This document shows positions 1 to 9,469 of a DNA stretch of 64,000 nucleotides, in pieces. The stretch is from IMG/VR virus record IMGVR_UViG_3300037312_001617, positions 1 through 64,000 of that record, one strand, 5' to 3'. The notes beneath the pieces are model-generated. The model saw nothing but the letters and a program-made list of their open reading frames with translations. It was not told the origin of the DNA and searched no databases. Positions within the stretch are counted from its first letter, which is position 1; each line of letters starts with the position of its first letter. Source of the DNA: an uncultured virus (IMG/VR IMGVR_UViG_3300037312_001617) (taxonomy: Duplodnaviria > Heunggongvirae > Uroviricota > Caudoviricetes). A program made the translations under genes and the position numbers.

Positions 1-32
1 GAAGTCCGTTTTAGCCTATTTGGAGAAATAAG

Positions 33-308
33 ATGACTAAAAAATACCGAAAGAAACCAATCGTCATTGAAGCCTATCAATATGGGGAAGAAGAAGCGCC
101 CCTTTGGTTTAAGGAAGCCATGCGAAAAGGAATTGTCACGCCTTTTTCTCAATATGGCGGTGACAAACGATGGTGTGAAGTTGAAACATCGCAAGGGATT
201 ATGAAAGGAAAACAGGGTGATTACATCATTAAGGGTGTTCAAGGCGAGATTTATCCCTGCAAAAAAGCGATTTTTGAAGAAACGTATGAATTGGTAGAGG
301 AAGAATAA
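33..308 (+). CDS. Conserved phage hypothetical protein
   Basis: YRKKPIVIEA...GDYIIKGVQGEIYPCK..IFEETYE motif typical of a widespread phage family. Confidence 0.75.
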   Translation: MTKKYRKKPIVIEAYQYGEEEAPLWFKEAMRKGIVTPFSQYGGDKRWCEVETSQGIMKGKQGDYIIKGVQGEIYPCKKAIFEETYELVEEE

Positions 309-820
309 TGAGAGATTACTTGAATGCCACTGAAAAGAATCAGTTCATGGTGCTGCAAAGCATTATTCAGCTCTTAGAAGGAAAACGACATGAAGGAAAG
401 CGTGGTCCACAAGTCACAACCATCCTGGAACAATGGAAAAACAGCAACAATTTGAGTAAAGAAGAACATAAACACTTAAAAACCTCTGAAACATACTTAC
501 GAAAATTCTTAAATTCGGTGTATGACCGCCTCAGCCCGAAAGAACAAAGCATTTTGGAGAAGAAAATCCTCAAATTCGACTTTAAACTGGTGGATGACTA
601 TACGTTGAAACAAGTAAACCGCGATATTCAAGACCGTTTTGTCAATGCGGTGGTGCCGAGGGAACAGTTTTATGTCTGGACAGAGCAAATCATGTGCGTG
701 AATTGCAAGGGATGCACAAAAGACGGAAATACATGCGAGCTGAATACAGTGTTTGAAGATAATTTCATTCCGGAGTCAGGCTTTGACCTGCCGAATTGCA
801 AGTTTGCTTATAAAAAGTAA
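308..820 (+). CDS. Hypothetical protein (DUF5651-like) with C-terminal Cys cluster
   Basis: MRDYLN start and C-x2-C-x2-C...C...C near the C-terminus; coupled to upstream ORF. Confidence 0.55.
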   Translation: MRDYLNATEKNQFMVLQSIIQLLEGKRHEGKRGPQVTTILEQWKNSNNLSKEEHKHLKTSETYLRKFLNSVYDRLSPKEQSILEKKILKFDFKLVDDYTLKQVNRDIQDRFVNAVVPREQFYVWTEQIMCVNCKGCTKDGNTCELNTVFEDNFIPESGFDLPNCKFAYKK

Positions 821-836
821 GTAGGAGAAGAATAGC

Positions 837-980
837 ATGACCAATAAGATTGTTTCCCAAACTAAGACGAAGGTCATTATCCGTATGAGTGATATTGACA
901 AAGTTCTGTTTAAACATGAAGCAGAGACCTTCCGTAAATTGGTGGATAAAATGATAGAACAGCAGAAAGAGTTGAAGTAG
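837..980 (+). CDS. Small hypothetical protein (47 aa, MTNKIVSQTK...)
   Basis: AGGAG RBS; ORF fills the gap between neighbours exactly. Confidence 0.6.
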   Translation: MTNKIVSQTKTKVIIRMSDIDKVLFKHEAETFRKLVDKMIEQQKELK

Positions 981-1235
981 ATGGCAAAAAATCCACAATT
1001 CGAAAAGAGATACCAAGAGGGTATTCGAGTCGGAATGGAAATAACAAAGGAAGTATCAGCAGCTCATTTCAGTGTGAAATTAGAACGATTATCCAAAATT
1101 CCAGGCATTGGTCCTAAGCGATTTAAACAAATCATCGATGAATTTATGAAAGATCTGACCCCAGAGGAACTGGAACACGCTACTTTCTATATTAAAGACA
1201 TCCAAAAGATTAAAAAAACGAAAGGAACAGCTTGA
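981..1235 (+). CDS. Helix-hairpin-helix protein
   Basis: LSKIPGIGPKR HhH motif. Confidence 0.65.
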   Translation: MAKNPQFEKRYQEGIRVGMEITKEVSAAHFSVKLERLSKIPGIGPKRFKQIIDEFMKDLTPEELEHATFYIKDIQKIKKTKGTA

Positions 1236-1426
1236 TGCTTAGGGTTTTGGACTATATTTTCCATCCTATTGTCTGGATCGTGATTCCGGCAATCCTACTG
1301 TTAGCTAATATCATTCTGTTTTTGATAAGTGAACAAGGTGCCAAAGACACGATGGTTTTTGGAACTATCCATATTTTAATGATTGGGTGGAATTGCATGA
1401 AATTGCAAGAGGAGAAAGAACGATGA
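1232..1426 (+). CDS. Small membrane protein
   Basis: Two hydrophobic segments; overlaps upstream stop. Confidence 0.55.
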   Translation: MMLRVLDYIFHPIVWIVIPAILLLANIILFLISEQGAKDTMVFGTIHILMIGWNCMKLQEEKER

Positions 1427-1523
1427 GCCTATTGAAAAAACTGTATTGCAAGATAACCGGGAAGCACAAGATGAATTTTTACGATAAGCGGTGTTTGATC
1501 TGTGGAAAAAAGGTACATATGTA

Positions 1524-2051
1524 ATGAGTCGAATCAGTTGGGATGAATGGTTTCTGGATTTAGCGGATGTCTATGCGAAACGAGCAACCTGCAATCGTTT
1601 GTCAGTCGGGTGTGTGATTGCGAAAGGAAATATTCAGCTCGCCGAAGGATATAACGGAAGTATTAGCGGCCAGCCTCATTGTACAGAAGTGGGTTGCCTT
1701 CCAAATGAGCAGGGAAGGTGTATTCGTACGATCCATGCAGAACAAAACGCCCTCCTAAATGCTAGTAAGAAGGGCGTTAGTGTGGAGGGCGCTACGGCTT
1801 ATGTCACCCATGAATGCTGTGAAACGTGCACTAAGTTGTTGGCTCAAGCCGGGATCAAGCGAGTAGTATTTCGCCATCCCTATTACAATGCCCAGAATCA
1901 CCAATTTAATTCAGGCATGGAATGGGTACACTACAAAAATAGGTGCAATTGCGGAAAAGAATCCACCAAACAAATGAAATTTGGCAAGAATACCATGGCA
2001 ATCTGTGATGAGTGTGCGGAAAACTTGTTGGAGATTTTAGAAAAAGAATGA
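1524..2051 (+). CDS. dCMP deaminase / ComEB family protein with C-terminal Cys4 extension
   Basis: SWDEWF..A...RATC.R..VG, GYNG, HAEQNA, CETC; start taken at ATG 1524. Confidence 0.9.
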   Translation: MSRISWDEWFLDLADVYAKRATCNRLSVGCVIAKGNIQLAEGYNGSISGQPHCTEVGCLPNEQGRCIRTIHAEQNALLNASKKGVSVEGATAYVTHECCETCTKLLAQAGIKRVVFRHPYYNAQNHQFNSGMEWVHYKNRCNCGKESTKQMKFGKNTMAICDECAENLLEILEKE

Positions 2052-2169
2052 ATGTATACGATTTTATGAAGTATCATTTCATTCCTATTGTTTTTGCCAC
2101 TGTAATTAGTGAGATTTTCTACATCGTTTATCAGATTATTTTTTATTACATCTAGGGGGTTAAACAAAA

Positions 2170-2544
2170 ATGAGCAAAATTAGTTTAAACGATACGTTTG
2201 TCTCCATCTTGGAGAAAATGAGCGAGGGTAATCCAGGTGCGTTAACATGCCTGATGGAGATGATTAAAAAGAATGACTGGTATTTCCCTGATACCGAGCC
2301 AATGGTTTACGTTCTTCATCTGGATGACATCGGAATTTATGGTTCACAACTATATATGCTGTGGAATGACTGCTGCGGTCGTGATCTAAATGTATTCGAA
2401 ACGGTATTACGCAATTACCAAACAGGAAAATTAACAGGAGCAGCAATCAGAACTAATGTATCGCAAGGTCGCGGCACCCCATTTGAAGGGTTAGTACCGA
2501 TGGAAGAATTGTTCCCGAAGGAGAAAGTCAATGAAAGCAACTAA
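2170..2544 (+). CDS. Phage hypothetical protein
   Basis: MSEGNPGAL...LDDIGIYGSQLYMLWNDCC motif; GGGGG RBS. Confidence 0.7.
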   Translation: MSKISLNDTFVSILEKMSEGNPGALTCLMEMIKKNDWYFPDTEPMVYVLHLDDIGIYGSQLYMLWNDCCGRDLNVFETVLRNYQTGKLTGAAIRTNVSQGRGTPFEGLVPMEELFPKEKVNESN

Positions 2545-2707
2545 TGAAAATATTGATAAGTTGATTAGTGAATGGCACTATAGTTTAAGTCCAATGGCGC
2601 TACATCAGTGGTTAGGTTTGACTTTGGAGCAATTCCAATACTGGGTAAAACATAAGACGTTGCCAGAAATCCCCTTATTAAGAAGCAAAGACTTGCAGGT
2701 GGGTTAG

Positions 2708-2896
2708 ATGTCTTCGAAAGCACTTATACACGATTTAGGGGAACTACAAGAAGGCGAGGAACTTCTGTTTTTGTTGAAAGGACGTTCCTATATAGTCAAA
2801 CTTGCGGACCATGACAGCATAGAGAAATACTTTGAAAGAAAGAAAGATGGGAACCAACGTGAAAGTGAAATGTCCAAAGTGCCGAAAGTGGATTGA
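2708..2896 (+). CDS. Hypothetical protein
   Basis: ORF in tightly coupled cluster. Confidence 0.5.
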   Translation: MSSKALIHDLGELQEGEELLFLLKGRSYIVKLADHDSIEKYFERKKDGNQRESEMSKVPKVD

Positions 2897-3020
2897 GCTG
2901 AAAGAACATAATACCAGGTGTTCATGCGGAGCAATGATGAAATATCTGAAGGTTGAACGAAAGACAGAAGGGGTAAATTATACCTTTGATGCAACAAACT
3001 TGAAGCGGAAGGTGTACTGA
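2847..3020 (+). CDS. Small zinc-ribbon protein
   Basis: CPKC...CSCG. Confidence 0.55.
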   Translation: MGTNVKVKCPKCRKWIELKEHNTRCSCGAMMKYLKVERKTEGVNYTFDATNLKRKVY

Positions 3021-3271
3021 TGAAAGACAGAAAATACGAATTAACTGATTTGGATACGAATGATAAGGTTGCTGCATTAGTTCAGGTTTTGTTAGATAAG
3101 CACATCATTTCCACTCAGGACTTAGAAAAAGCATTTGAGGCTAGGTTAAAGTTGAAGAATGAAGCGCTTGAGAAGTACCTTGAAGAAAATCCAGCTATGA
3201 ATATGGTTTTTGATATGCTCCCGCAGGGAGGAATGAAGGATTTTAAAATAAAAGGTGATCAAGATGAGTGA
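3020..3271 (+). CDS. Hypothetical protein
   Basis: TGATG coupling; GGAAGGTG RBS. Confidence 0.6.
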   Translation: MKDRKYELTDLDTNDKVAALVQVLLDKHIISTQDLEKAFEARLKLKNEALEKYLEENPAMNMVFDMLPQGGMKDFKIKGDQDE

Positions 3272-3494
3272 CCACACTACATCTTTTCAAGATTATACCA
3301 AGACATTAAATGAAACCCGTCGTAAGCGTGATGAAGTGAAAAACAAATTATCCATTGCCCTTAAGGAAATTAAGATGAGAAAGAAATACGAAGCTTTTTT
3401 AATGAGCTGCATCCGTTCAGGCGAGTCGTTTGATAAAGACTTCGATTGGTTTTGTGAAAAATACGAGCAAGACAGGAAGGATACGATTTTTTAA
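3264..3494 (+). CDS. Hypothetical protein
   Basis: AAGGTGA RBS before ATG 3264. Confidence 0.55.
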   Translation: MSDHTTSFQDYTKTLNETRRKRDEVKNKLSIALKEIKMRKKYEAFLMSCIRSGESFDKDFDWFCEKYEQDRKDTIF

Positions 3495-3827
3495 TGACAA
3501 ATGAAATGAAAAACCTCGTAGAACTTGCTATGAAAAGTGGTGTAACCAAAGAACAATTCAAACAATGGTTGGAGGAAAAGAAAAATGGTTAAAATCCAAG
3601 TCGGTTCAACTACAACGACCTATGGCCCCAACGGAGAAGTTACAGGCGTAACAGAAAAACCATCTTATCTGATTTTAGAAGATGGAACAAAGAAAGAATT
3701 GACCAAAGAACAAGCGAAATCTTACGGAATCGGGAGAGATGAATAATGGAAAGCTATCAATATCTTAATCTAGTGGGAGAGGCAACAGAAATACTTTATT
3801 ATGGACTGCATCCAGAGGAAGTGGAAG

Positions 3828-3965
3828 ATGAAGTTTCTGCTTAAGTTATTAATACTCGTGTGCTTTAGCCTCTTTTCTTATTACATCGGTTGGGGAAACG
3901 GGCAGGCATCAGCATATGCCAAGATCGAACATACCCCATCGTTGTTTGACCTGCTCTATAAATAA
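3828..3965 (+). CDS. Small membrane protein (45 aa, MKFLLKLLILVCFSLFSYYIGWGNG...)
   Basis: Hand-translated; N-terminal TM/signal helix. Confidence 0.55.
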   Translation: MKFLLKLLILVCFSLFSYYIGWGNGQASAYAKIEHTPSLFDLLYK

Positions 3966-3979
3966 AGGAGTGAACTAGA

Positions 3980-4174
3980 GTGATTATAAGAAAAGAGCAT
4001 TTAGACATACCGATCTGTGACCATTCGGATAACGCAACCAATGAAGAAACATATCGAGAATTTATTAGAAACAGTGAAGAAGAGTTCGGAATGGTACCGA
4101 TAGACTTAGATAATATAGACGATGGAGAATTGAACGCATACTTAGACTTTTTAGATTATCTGTGGGAAAAATAA
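3980..4174 (+). CDS. Small acidic hypothetical protein
   Basis: AAGGAG RBS, GTG start; D/E-rich. Confidence 0.6.
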   Translation: MIIRKEHLDIPICDHSDNATNEETYREFIRNSEEEFGMVPIDLDNIDDGELNAYLDFLDYLWEK

Positions 4175-4188
4175 GGGAGGGGTTAACA

Positions 4189-4347
4189 ATGAAACAGTGG
4201 AGCGAACTAAAGGATTATGTTGTAAAGCAGATGATTGTCCGTCCGAACAAAGAAACCGAGGCTTATAAAATAATTATCAAACAGATGGAGGAATTGGAGA
4301 AGAAGTACAAGAAGCTCCAAAACCCGTACATCGATTACGAGGTCTAA
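4189..4347 (+). CDS. Hypothetical protein
   Basis: GGGAGG RBS before ATG 4189. Confidence 0.55.
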   Translation: MKQWSELKDYVVKQMIVRPNKETEAYKIIIKQMEELEKKYKKLQNPYIDYEV

Positions 4348-4352
4348 TAAAA

Positions 4353-5123
4353 ATGTTTTATTTTAGGAAACTGTACTTCTATGTAACCCGTTTATCTACG
4401 CAGGCGCTGTTTCTGTCAGCTGCCCTATTTCTCCTCATAAGTTCTTCAATGATTTCATGGATTGAACCTAAGACCTTTCCCACATTCTTTGACGGACTAT
4501 GGTGGACCGTCGTAACCGCGGCGACGGTCGGCTATGGAGACCTGTTTCCTTCCACATTTTTAGGAAGGATCTTTGGCATATTAGTCATTTTTACAGGCGT
4601 GGCCCTTATCGGACTCGTGTTCGGAAAAGCAGGGGAATTGATTACGCTGCATCGAAAGAAAGAGGAGGAAGGCAAATTGGGGTATGATGGAAAAAACCAT
4701 GTCGTTATTATTGACTGGTCGGATAAAGCAGAGCATGCCATCCGGGATATTTTAAAACAAGAGAAAAAAACGCACGTGGTTGTCATCGATCAATTAGAGA
4801 AAGCTCCTTATCTTCACGAACGAGTACATTATGTTAATGGCAACCCGTCAAATGAGGTGGTTTTAAAGAGCCTTGCGAATGTTGAGAAAGCGAAAGCCTG
4901 TTTTATCTTCGGAGATGAAACGATTGGCGACCAGTGGTTAAAAGATTGCAAGACTTTGATGATTGCTACTGCAATTGAGCGTATTGCCCCTCATGTATTT
5001 ACTGTCGCTGAAATAGAAATGGATGAAAATGCACCTAACTTTCATCATTTAAAAGTTGATAAGCTGATTTTTACGGATAAAACCATATCGAGCTTGGCGA
5101 TTCAAGCCTACCAAAACAAATAA
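4353..5123 (+). CDS. Potassium channel with RCK (TrkA-N) domain, YugO-like
   Basis: 2 TM plus TVGYGD selectivity filter, then Rossmann-like HVVIIDW domain. Confidence 0.92.
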   Translation: MFYFRKLYFYVTRLSTQALFLSAALFLLISSSMISWIEPKTFPTFFDGLWWTVVTAATVGYGDLFPSTFLGRIFGILVIFTGVALIGLVFGKAGELITLHRKKEEEGKLGYDGKNHVVIIDWSDKAEHAIRDILKQEKKTHVVVIDQLEKAPYLHERVHYVNGNPSNEVVLKSLANVEKAKACFIFGDETIGDQWLKDCKTLMIATAIERIAPHVFTVAEIEMDENAPNFHHLKVDKLIFTDKTISSLAIQAYQNK

Positions 5124-5150
5124 ATAAGACCGCCCGAAGGCGGTCTTATT
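5123..5150. terminator. Bidirectional intrinsic terminator
   Basis: AATAAGACCGCC-cgaa-GGCGGTCTTATT between convergent genes. Confidence 0.8.
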
Positions 5151-5532
5151 AAATTAATTTTTGGGTTACTTCTTTTAATTTATCCAGGAATACCTTCATA
5201 TCCTCGACGATCGATTTGAGTTCCTTATGGTTTTCCGCACTATCAAAAGCCTCGTACTTACAATCAATCCTTTCAAAAAGGAACTGCACGAGATCAAGAG
5301 CCATTGGGTCTTTTTTGGCTTCGACTAATTCGAAGGCGACCTCTCTTAACTCATTTAAATATACGTCGATATCCTCAACAATATCGTTGATCTCGACGTC
5401 ACTACCTGCATTTTCTAAGCTTTCAAATTTTCTGCCCAGTTCATTAAAAAGGAATTTCACATGCCGATTGGTCATGTTCACGATTGTAGCAGCTTCACTC
5501 GACCGATTTAAGATATCAACTAAGTTTTCCAT
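5149..5532 (-). CDS. Hypothetical protein with internal tandem duplication
   Basis: Two copies of V.FLF......E........E...IVED..V.L..L.EV. Confidence 0.65.
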   Translation of the reverse strand: MENLVDILNRSSEAATIVNMTNRHVKFLFNELGRKFESLENAGSDVEINDIVEDIDVYLNELREVAFELVEAKKDPMALDLVQFLFERIDCKYEAFDSAENHKELKSIVEDMKVFLDKLKEVTQKLI

Positions 5533-5884
5533 TTGAAACCTCCTTTAATGCCATTAATTGATTGAACCAGTCTTCATCCTTTGTTTGCAAAGCCATATCT
5601 ATAAATAGCTCAATTAATTCGGGTGTATGAGAAATGTCGTTTTTGACCATTTTGTCATCTTCTTCTTCAAATGGTCTAGCATTGGCTATGATGAGGGCAA
5701 TCCTTACTAAAGTCAATGTATCTCCTTCCTTATAAAATTTGCACTGACAATCTAAGATTTTAATGGAATAGTAATGATTGCTGTTTCCTAGCACTAAAAA
5801 TATGAGCCAGTCGTCCTGAATGAGATCGCCATTTAACCTGACCTTGATTGCACTCTTATAAACTTTACCAACCTCTAATTCCAT
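5516..5884 (-). CDS. IDEAL-domain protein
   Basis: C-terminal IDMALQTKDEDWFNQL. Confidence 0.7.
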   Translation of the reverse strand: MELEVGKVYKSAIKVRLNGDLIQDDWLIFLVLGNSNHYYSIKILDCQCKFYKEGDTLTLVRIALIIANARPFEEEDDKMVKNDISHTPELIELFIDMALQTKDEDWFNQLMALKEVSNGKLS

Positions 5885-6069
5885 TAAGAATCAACCTCCT
5901 CATAAACAATGCACAAGCGCCCACACTTCGGGCACTTGTACTTAATAATGATCTCTACTTCTAATCGGGAAAAATTGCAATCCGCACTAGTACATTTATA
6001 TTCTACAAACATGGAATAATCCGGGAATCTCGTGGATTCTGTCCTATTGTTTCTTCCCACTTTTTTCAT
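5884..6069 (-). CDS. Small zinc-ribbon protein
   Basis: CTSADC...CPKCG. Confidence 0.55.
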   Translation of the reverse strand: MKKVGRNNRTESTRFPDYSMFVEYKCTSADCNFSRLEVEIIIKYKCPKCGRLCIVYEEVDS

Positions 6070-6074
6070 TTATT

Positions 6075-6350
6075 TTACCAATCCGTTCTCGATTTCATTT
6101 CATCCACATTCCAAACAATCAATTGTTTCAAAGTATCGCCATATTCGATTTTTAGTTTTTTAACAAACTGACAACACTCAGAAAATGTCGCTGGTCTTGT
6201 AGAAGGTTTTTCAATGGTTTGAATATTTTTGTCTCCTGGATTCTGAACAAAACATTTTATTAATGCTGTAAATCTCGTTCCTTCACTGACTTTCCAAATT
6301 CTTTCTTCTTTCTTTCCGTTATAATTCGTGAAATGAAGTACAGCTCCCAT
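6075..6350 (-). CDS. Hypothetical protein
   Basis: ORF in minus-strand operon. Confidence 0.55.
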   Translation of the reverse strand: MGAVLHFTNYNGKKEERIWKVSEGTRFTALIKCFVQNPGDKNIQTIEKPSTRPATFSECCQFVKKLKIEYGDTLKQLIVWNVDEMKSRTDW

Positions 6351-6440
6351 TGTCTATTTTCCACACTTACATTGATTGTAAGGTTTACCACACCACGAAC
6401 AATTTGGAACATATCCGTCTTTCATTGATTTCATTGCTTT

Positions 6441-7181
6441 TCACCCCCTTCCAATTGTTAATTCAGCCAATTGATGATCTTTCAATTGACGATTAGACCT
6501 TAATACATCGATGACTACGTTTCTTCTAAATTCATTCCAATGATCATCCGAGATGGCCTCATGTAGCGATTTAGCCATCACCTTAAGATTGCCAGTGCTA
6601 ATACTGATAATCTCTGTTCTAAAATGAAGAACCTGTAAAAGAAAGGATTCGGCTTCTTGTTTTGTTCTGATTGGATTGGAATTGATTTTGGTGTAAGGCA
6701 TCCATCTCGTAAAAATTCCATCATAACGTTCTCTTCCTACATAGAAACCATCACCGTATACGTGGTACATCTTTAATTCGCTAAGCTGACGATGTTTAGG
6801 GTGAGCGGATTGCATGGATTTTTCAAGAACAAGAACGTAGTCAATGGCATCTTCTTGTTCAGCGAAATCGTTAATAGGAAGAAACGAATAACCATCCTGT
6901 GTCTCGTCAATCATCACAACGTTGTAGCCATTTTCTTCATCGTGCGTCACAACGAAGTAACCTGGGTTATCTTTCCTAACTTTGATGTATTTAATTTCTC
7001 CACTGAAACCCAAAATCGTCATTCGTAGTTCTTCAGGAAGAACTACTTCTTCCTTGGAAACAGCTTGGGCTCTCAGCTGTGTAATGTATTCGTTCACTGA
7101 CCCAGCCAAAGACTCATGGTTCACATTATGAGCGCTTGCATAAGTTTTAATTTCATTTAATGGTTCTCTTTGTAATGTCAT
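6441..7181 (-). CDS. Hypothetical protein
   Basis: 246 aa ORF with GGGAG RBS. Confidence 0.7.
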   Translation of the reverse strand: MTLQREPLNEIKTYASAHNVNHESLAGSVNEYITQLRAQAVSKEEVVLPEELRMTILGFSGEIKYIKVRKDNPGYFVVTHDEENGYNVVMIDETQDGYSFLPINDFAEQEDAIDYVLVLEKSMQSAHPKHRQLSELKMYHVYGDGFYVGRERYDGIFTRWMPYTKINSNPIRTKQEAESFLLQVLHFRTEIISISTGNLKVMAKSLHEAISDDHWNEFRRNVVIDVLRSNRQLKDHQLAELTIGRG

Positions 7182-7204
7182 AAAAACAGCTCCCTTTTTT
7201 TTTA

Positions 7205-7444
7205 TTAAACTTCAACAACTAGAAACTTCTCAGCGAATGAGATGACCTTTTTCCTATTCCATTGTTTCTTTTTAAATAAGGATTCAGCAGCTTCCAAATC
7301 AGGAAGCATGGGAAGCATAGTTTTGTCTTTTTTTAATTCTCTAAGAGATACATCTCCATTTAACAACTGGATTGCGGTGTCTTTTACTTCTTGGCGAGTG
7401 GCATTAATGTAAAGAATTGCGGAAATGCACGTTACTTTATCCAT
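7205..7444 (-). CDS. Hypothetical protein
   Basis: AGGAGTGG RBS. Confidence 0.65.
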   Translation of the reverse strand: MDKVTCISAILYINATRQEVKDTAIQLLNGDVSLRELKKDKTMLPMLPDLEAAESLFKKKQWNRKKVISFAEKFLVVEV

Positions 7445-7675
7445 TGTCCTTCCACTCCTTCTAATTTCATAATTTCATAATTTGCCCTTTTCATGATTTA
7501 ATAATATGAAATTTCTTCCTGTTTAAGAAGTGACTTTAGTCCTATCTTCGATAAAATTTACCAAAAATAAAAAAGCACCCATTTTCGGCTGCTTATTAAA
7601 CATTTTGCTTATAATTTCATAATATTTGGTTATAATAGTAATAAAAGGTTAAACACAAGAATAGGAGGTCTTACC

Positions 7676-7915
7676 ATGTCAGGAGACATTAAAAACGCTT
7701 CCCTTATCATCTCCCCTCAAAATGAGTTGCCGTATCTCGGTCAAGTTGTTGACTTTCAAGATGAATGGTGGAGTATCATGCGGATCGCAAAGCTTGAATG
7801 GGTTGAAAATGGAATTCGTGTAAACTTTGTGATGCAAAAATTAGAAGATGATACAGTTGTCGTAACGGACGCTGAATTAAAAAAGGCCAAAAAATCAAGG
7901 TTTAAAGTCTTATAA
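7676..7915 (+). CDS. Hypothetical protein
   Basis: AGGAGG RBS, TATAAT at about 7632. Confidence 0.7.
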   Translation: MSGDIKNASLIISPQNELPYLGQVVDFQDEWWSIMRIAKLEWVENGIRVNFVMQKLEDDTVVVTDAELKKAKKSRFKVL

Positions 7916-7953
7916 AAATGAGCAACCCTTTCGATAAGGTTGCTCATTTTTAT
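7912..7953. terminator. Bidirectional terminator at end of T4SS operon
   Basis: Perfect 16-bp inverted repeat ATAAAAATGAGCAACC/GGTTGCTCATTTTTAT. Confidence 0.8.
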
Positions 7954-7996
7954 TTGACACTCTTCTTATAACACCCACGAAAAATTGTTGTAAATA

Positions 7997-9469
7997 TCAT
8001 TGCAACACCCTTGTAGCGGTAGAGAATTTCGAAGCATCATAATTGCTGATATTTACAACTCCTCCTGTTTGTGGAGCTGCAATCCATTTCCCGTTTCCAA
8101 TATACATTCCCACATGGTAAGCAGGTACGCCTTGAAAAACCAAATCTCCTGGCTTAACTTCAGTAGGAGAAATACTAGTTCCAAATAGTTGTTGAGCAGC
8201 GGCCGTACGAGGCAATTCAATTCCAATAGAACGAAAGGAATATAACATTAATCCTGAGCAATCAAATCCTGTACTTGGAGAAGTGCCGCCCCAAAGATAC
8301 GGAACACCTAAGTATTTCTGTGCTTCTGCAATAACAGCATTAGCATTTGTACCTGTAGGGGTAGTGGTGTTGTTCGTGCCAAACACAGCCACAAAATCAA
8401 TGTGAACATGGTCAGTGTGAGGATTTACTCCGTGGTAAGGTTTCCACTCTCCGCCACCTTTCGCTGTTATTCTGTGGTTGTAGATGACATATTGGACATA
8501 AGGGAGCTTTCTGGCGTATTCTGCGATTTTACTCATGATTTCTGGTGAACCACCAATGTCAAATGCGCGACCATAAGCATGCATTGATTTCGTGCTTCCT
8601 CCCCTTACGTTTCGATTGTTATAGGCTCCCATGAAGGTCGTTGGACTAAAATGTGCTATCACGTCGTTATAAGCAGCTTCAACGTAGAGCATCATTCCAC
8701 CAAAACCAGCTCCAGGCCCTATTTCAGTCGGGCTTTTCGCCTCGCCTCCTGCATAAGTAGGAGGAATACAATTACCTGGAAGATACGTAACTTTGCCTCC
8801 AACTACTACAGCATTTCCGCTTGCATAAAGAGAGGCATACATTAATACTTCTTGAACATAAGCTGCACTATGGTTGTAAGCGTAAACCGCTCCTGCTAAG
8901 TCCCCGGTGCTGGCTCCATTGGCGGCATCGTACTTAGCCGCGGCGTAAACAGCATCTTCTAAGTTGTTAGGATCTGCTTTACCGTCGTTGTTCGCATCCA
9001 CTCCATATCCTCCATATTTAGCAATAACAGCAATACTCGTTAAATCACTAGGGGGAATAGGCGCATTTCCTAACCCTCCGCAACCAGGATAATTCCAGCC
9101 AACCCATGTACAAACCATAAACTGCATGTGTCCGGTAGCTCCTACAGGGGAGATCATATTCTTGATCGTAGAAAATCTAGTTTCGACCCTATGATGGGCA
9201 GCAAGGAGATTCCAAGGAACATTGTATTTTTCTCCAGCTGCATGATAAATAGGTATATACTCTTGTGGAATTTCATTTTCACCGATTTCTGAAATAGGCG
9301 CTTGTGTAACTCCTGGATCATCGCATCCCCCTGTGATGGAGTCATCACTTTGGATCGATGAAAAAAGAAAAACAGCACTGATTCCGATTGCTACAGCAAC
9401 CGGAACACCTATAATCGTGCCTAGAAGAAACCACCATTTTATTGAATTACCCTTTTTAAAAAGGCGCAT
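7997..9469 (-). CDS. VirB1/CwlT-like cell-wall hydrolase: lytic transglycosylase + Zn-peptidase-like + NlpC/P60
   Basis: N-terminal TM; HRVET..GATGHMQF (SLT-like); HAYGRAFD..HTDHVH; YLWGG..FDCSGL..HVG (NlpC/P60). Confidence 0.88.
   Translation of the reverse strand: MRLFKKGNSIKWWFLLGTIIGVPVAVAIGISAVFLFSSIQSDDSITGGCDDPGVTQAPISEIGENEIPQEYIPIYHAAGEKYNVPWNLLAAHHRVETRFSTIKNMISPVGATGHMQFMVCTWVGWNYPGCGGLGNAPIPPSDLTSIAVIAKYGGYGVDANNDGKADPNNLEDAVYAAAKYDAANGASTGDLAGAVYAYNHSAAYVQEVLMYASLYASGNAVVVGGKVTYLPGNCIPPTYAGGEAKSPTEIGPGAGFGGMMLYVEAAYNDVIAHFSPTTFMGAYNNRNVRGGSTKSMHAYGRAFDIGGSPEIMSKIAEYARKLPYVQYVIYNHRITAKGGGEWKPYHGVNPHTDHVHIDFVAVFGTNNTTTPTGTNANAVIAEAQKYLGVPYLWGGTSPSTGFDCSGLMLYSFRSIGIELPRTAAAQQLFGTSISPTEVKPGDLVFQGVPAYHVGMYIGNGKWIAAPQTGGVVNISNYDASKFSTATRVLQ

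Noticed and set aside
1491..2051. Deaminase as an anti-phage dCTP deaminase or competence gene
   Set aside because: No kinase domain or comE operon; fits an ordinary phage nucleotide-metabolism gene.
3845..3960. Apparent structured RNA/pseudoknot (TGGGG/CCCCA, GCAGG/CCTGC)
   Set aside because: Fully explained by a 45-aa membrane-protein ORF at 3828-3965.
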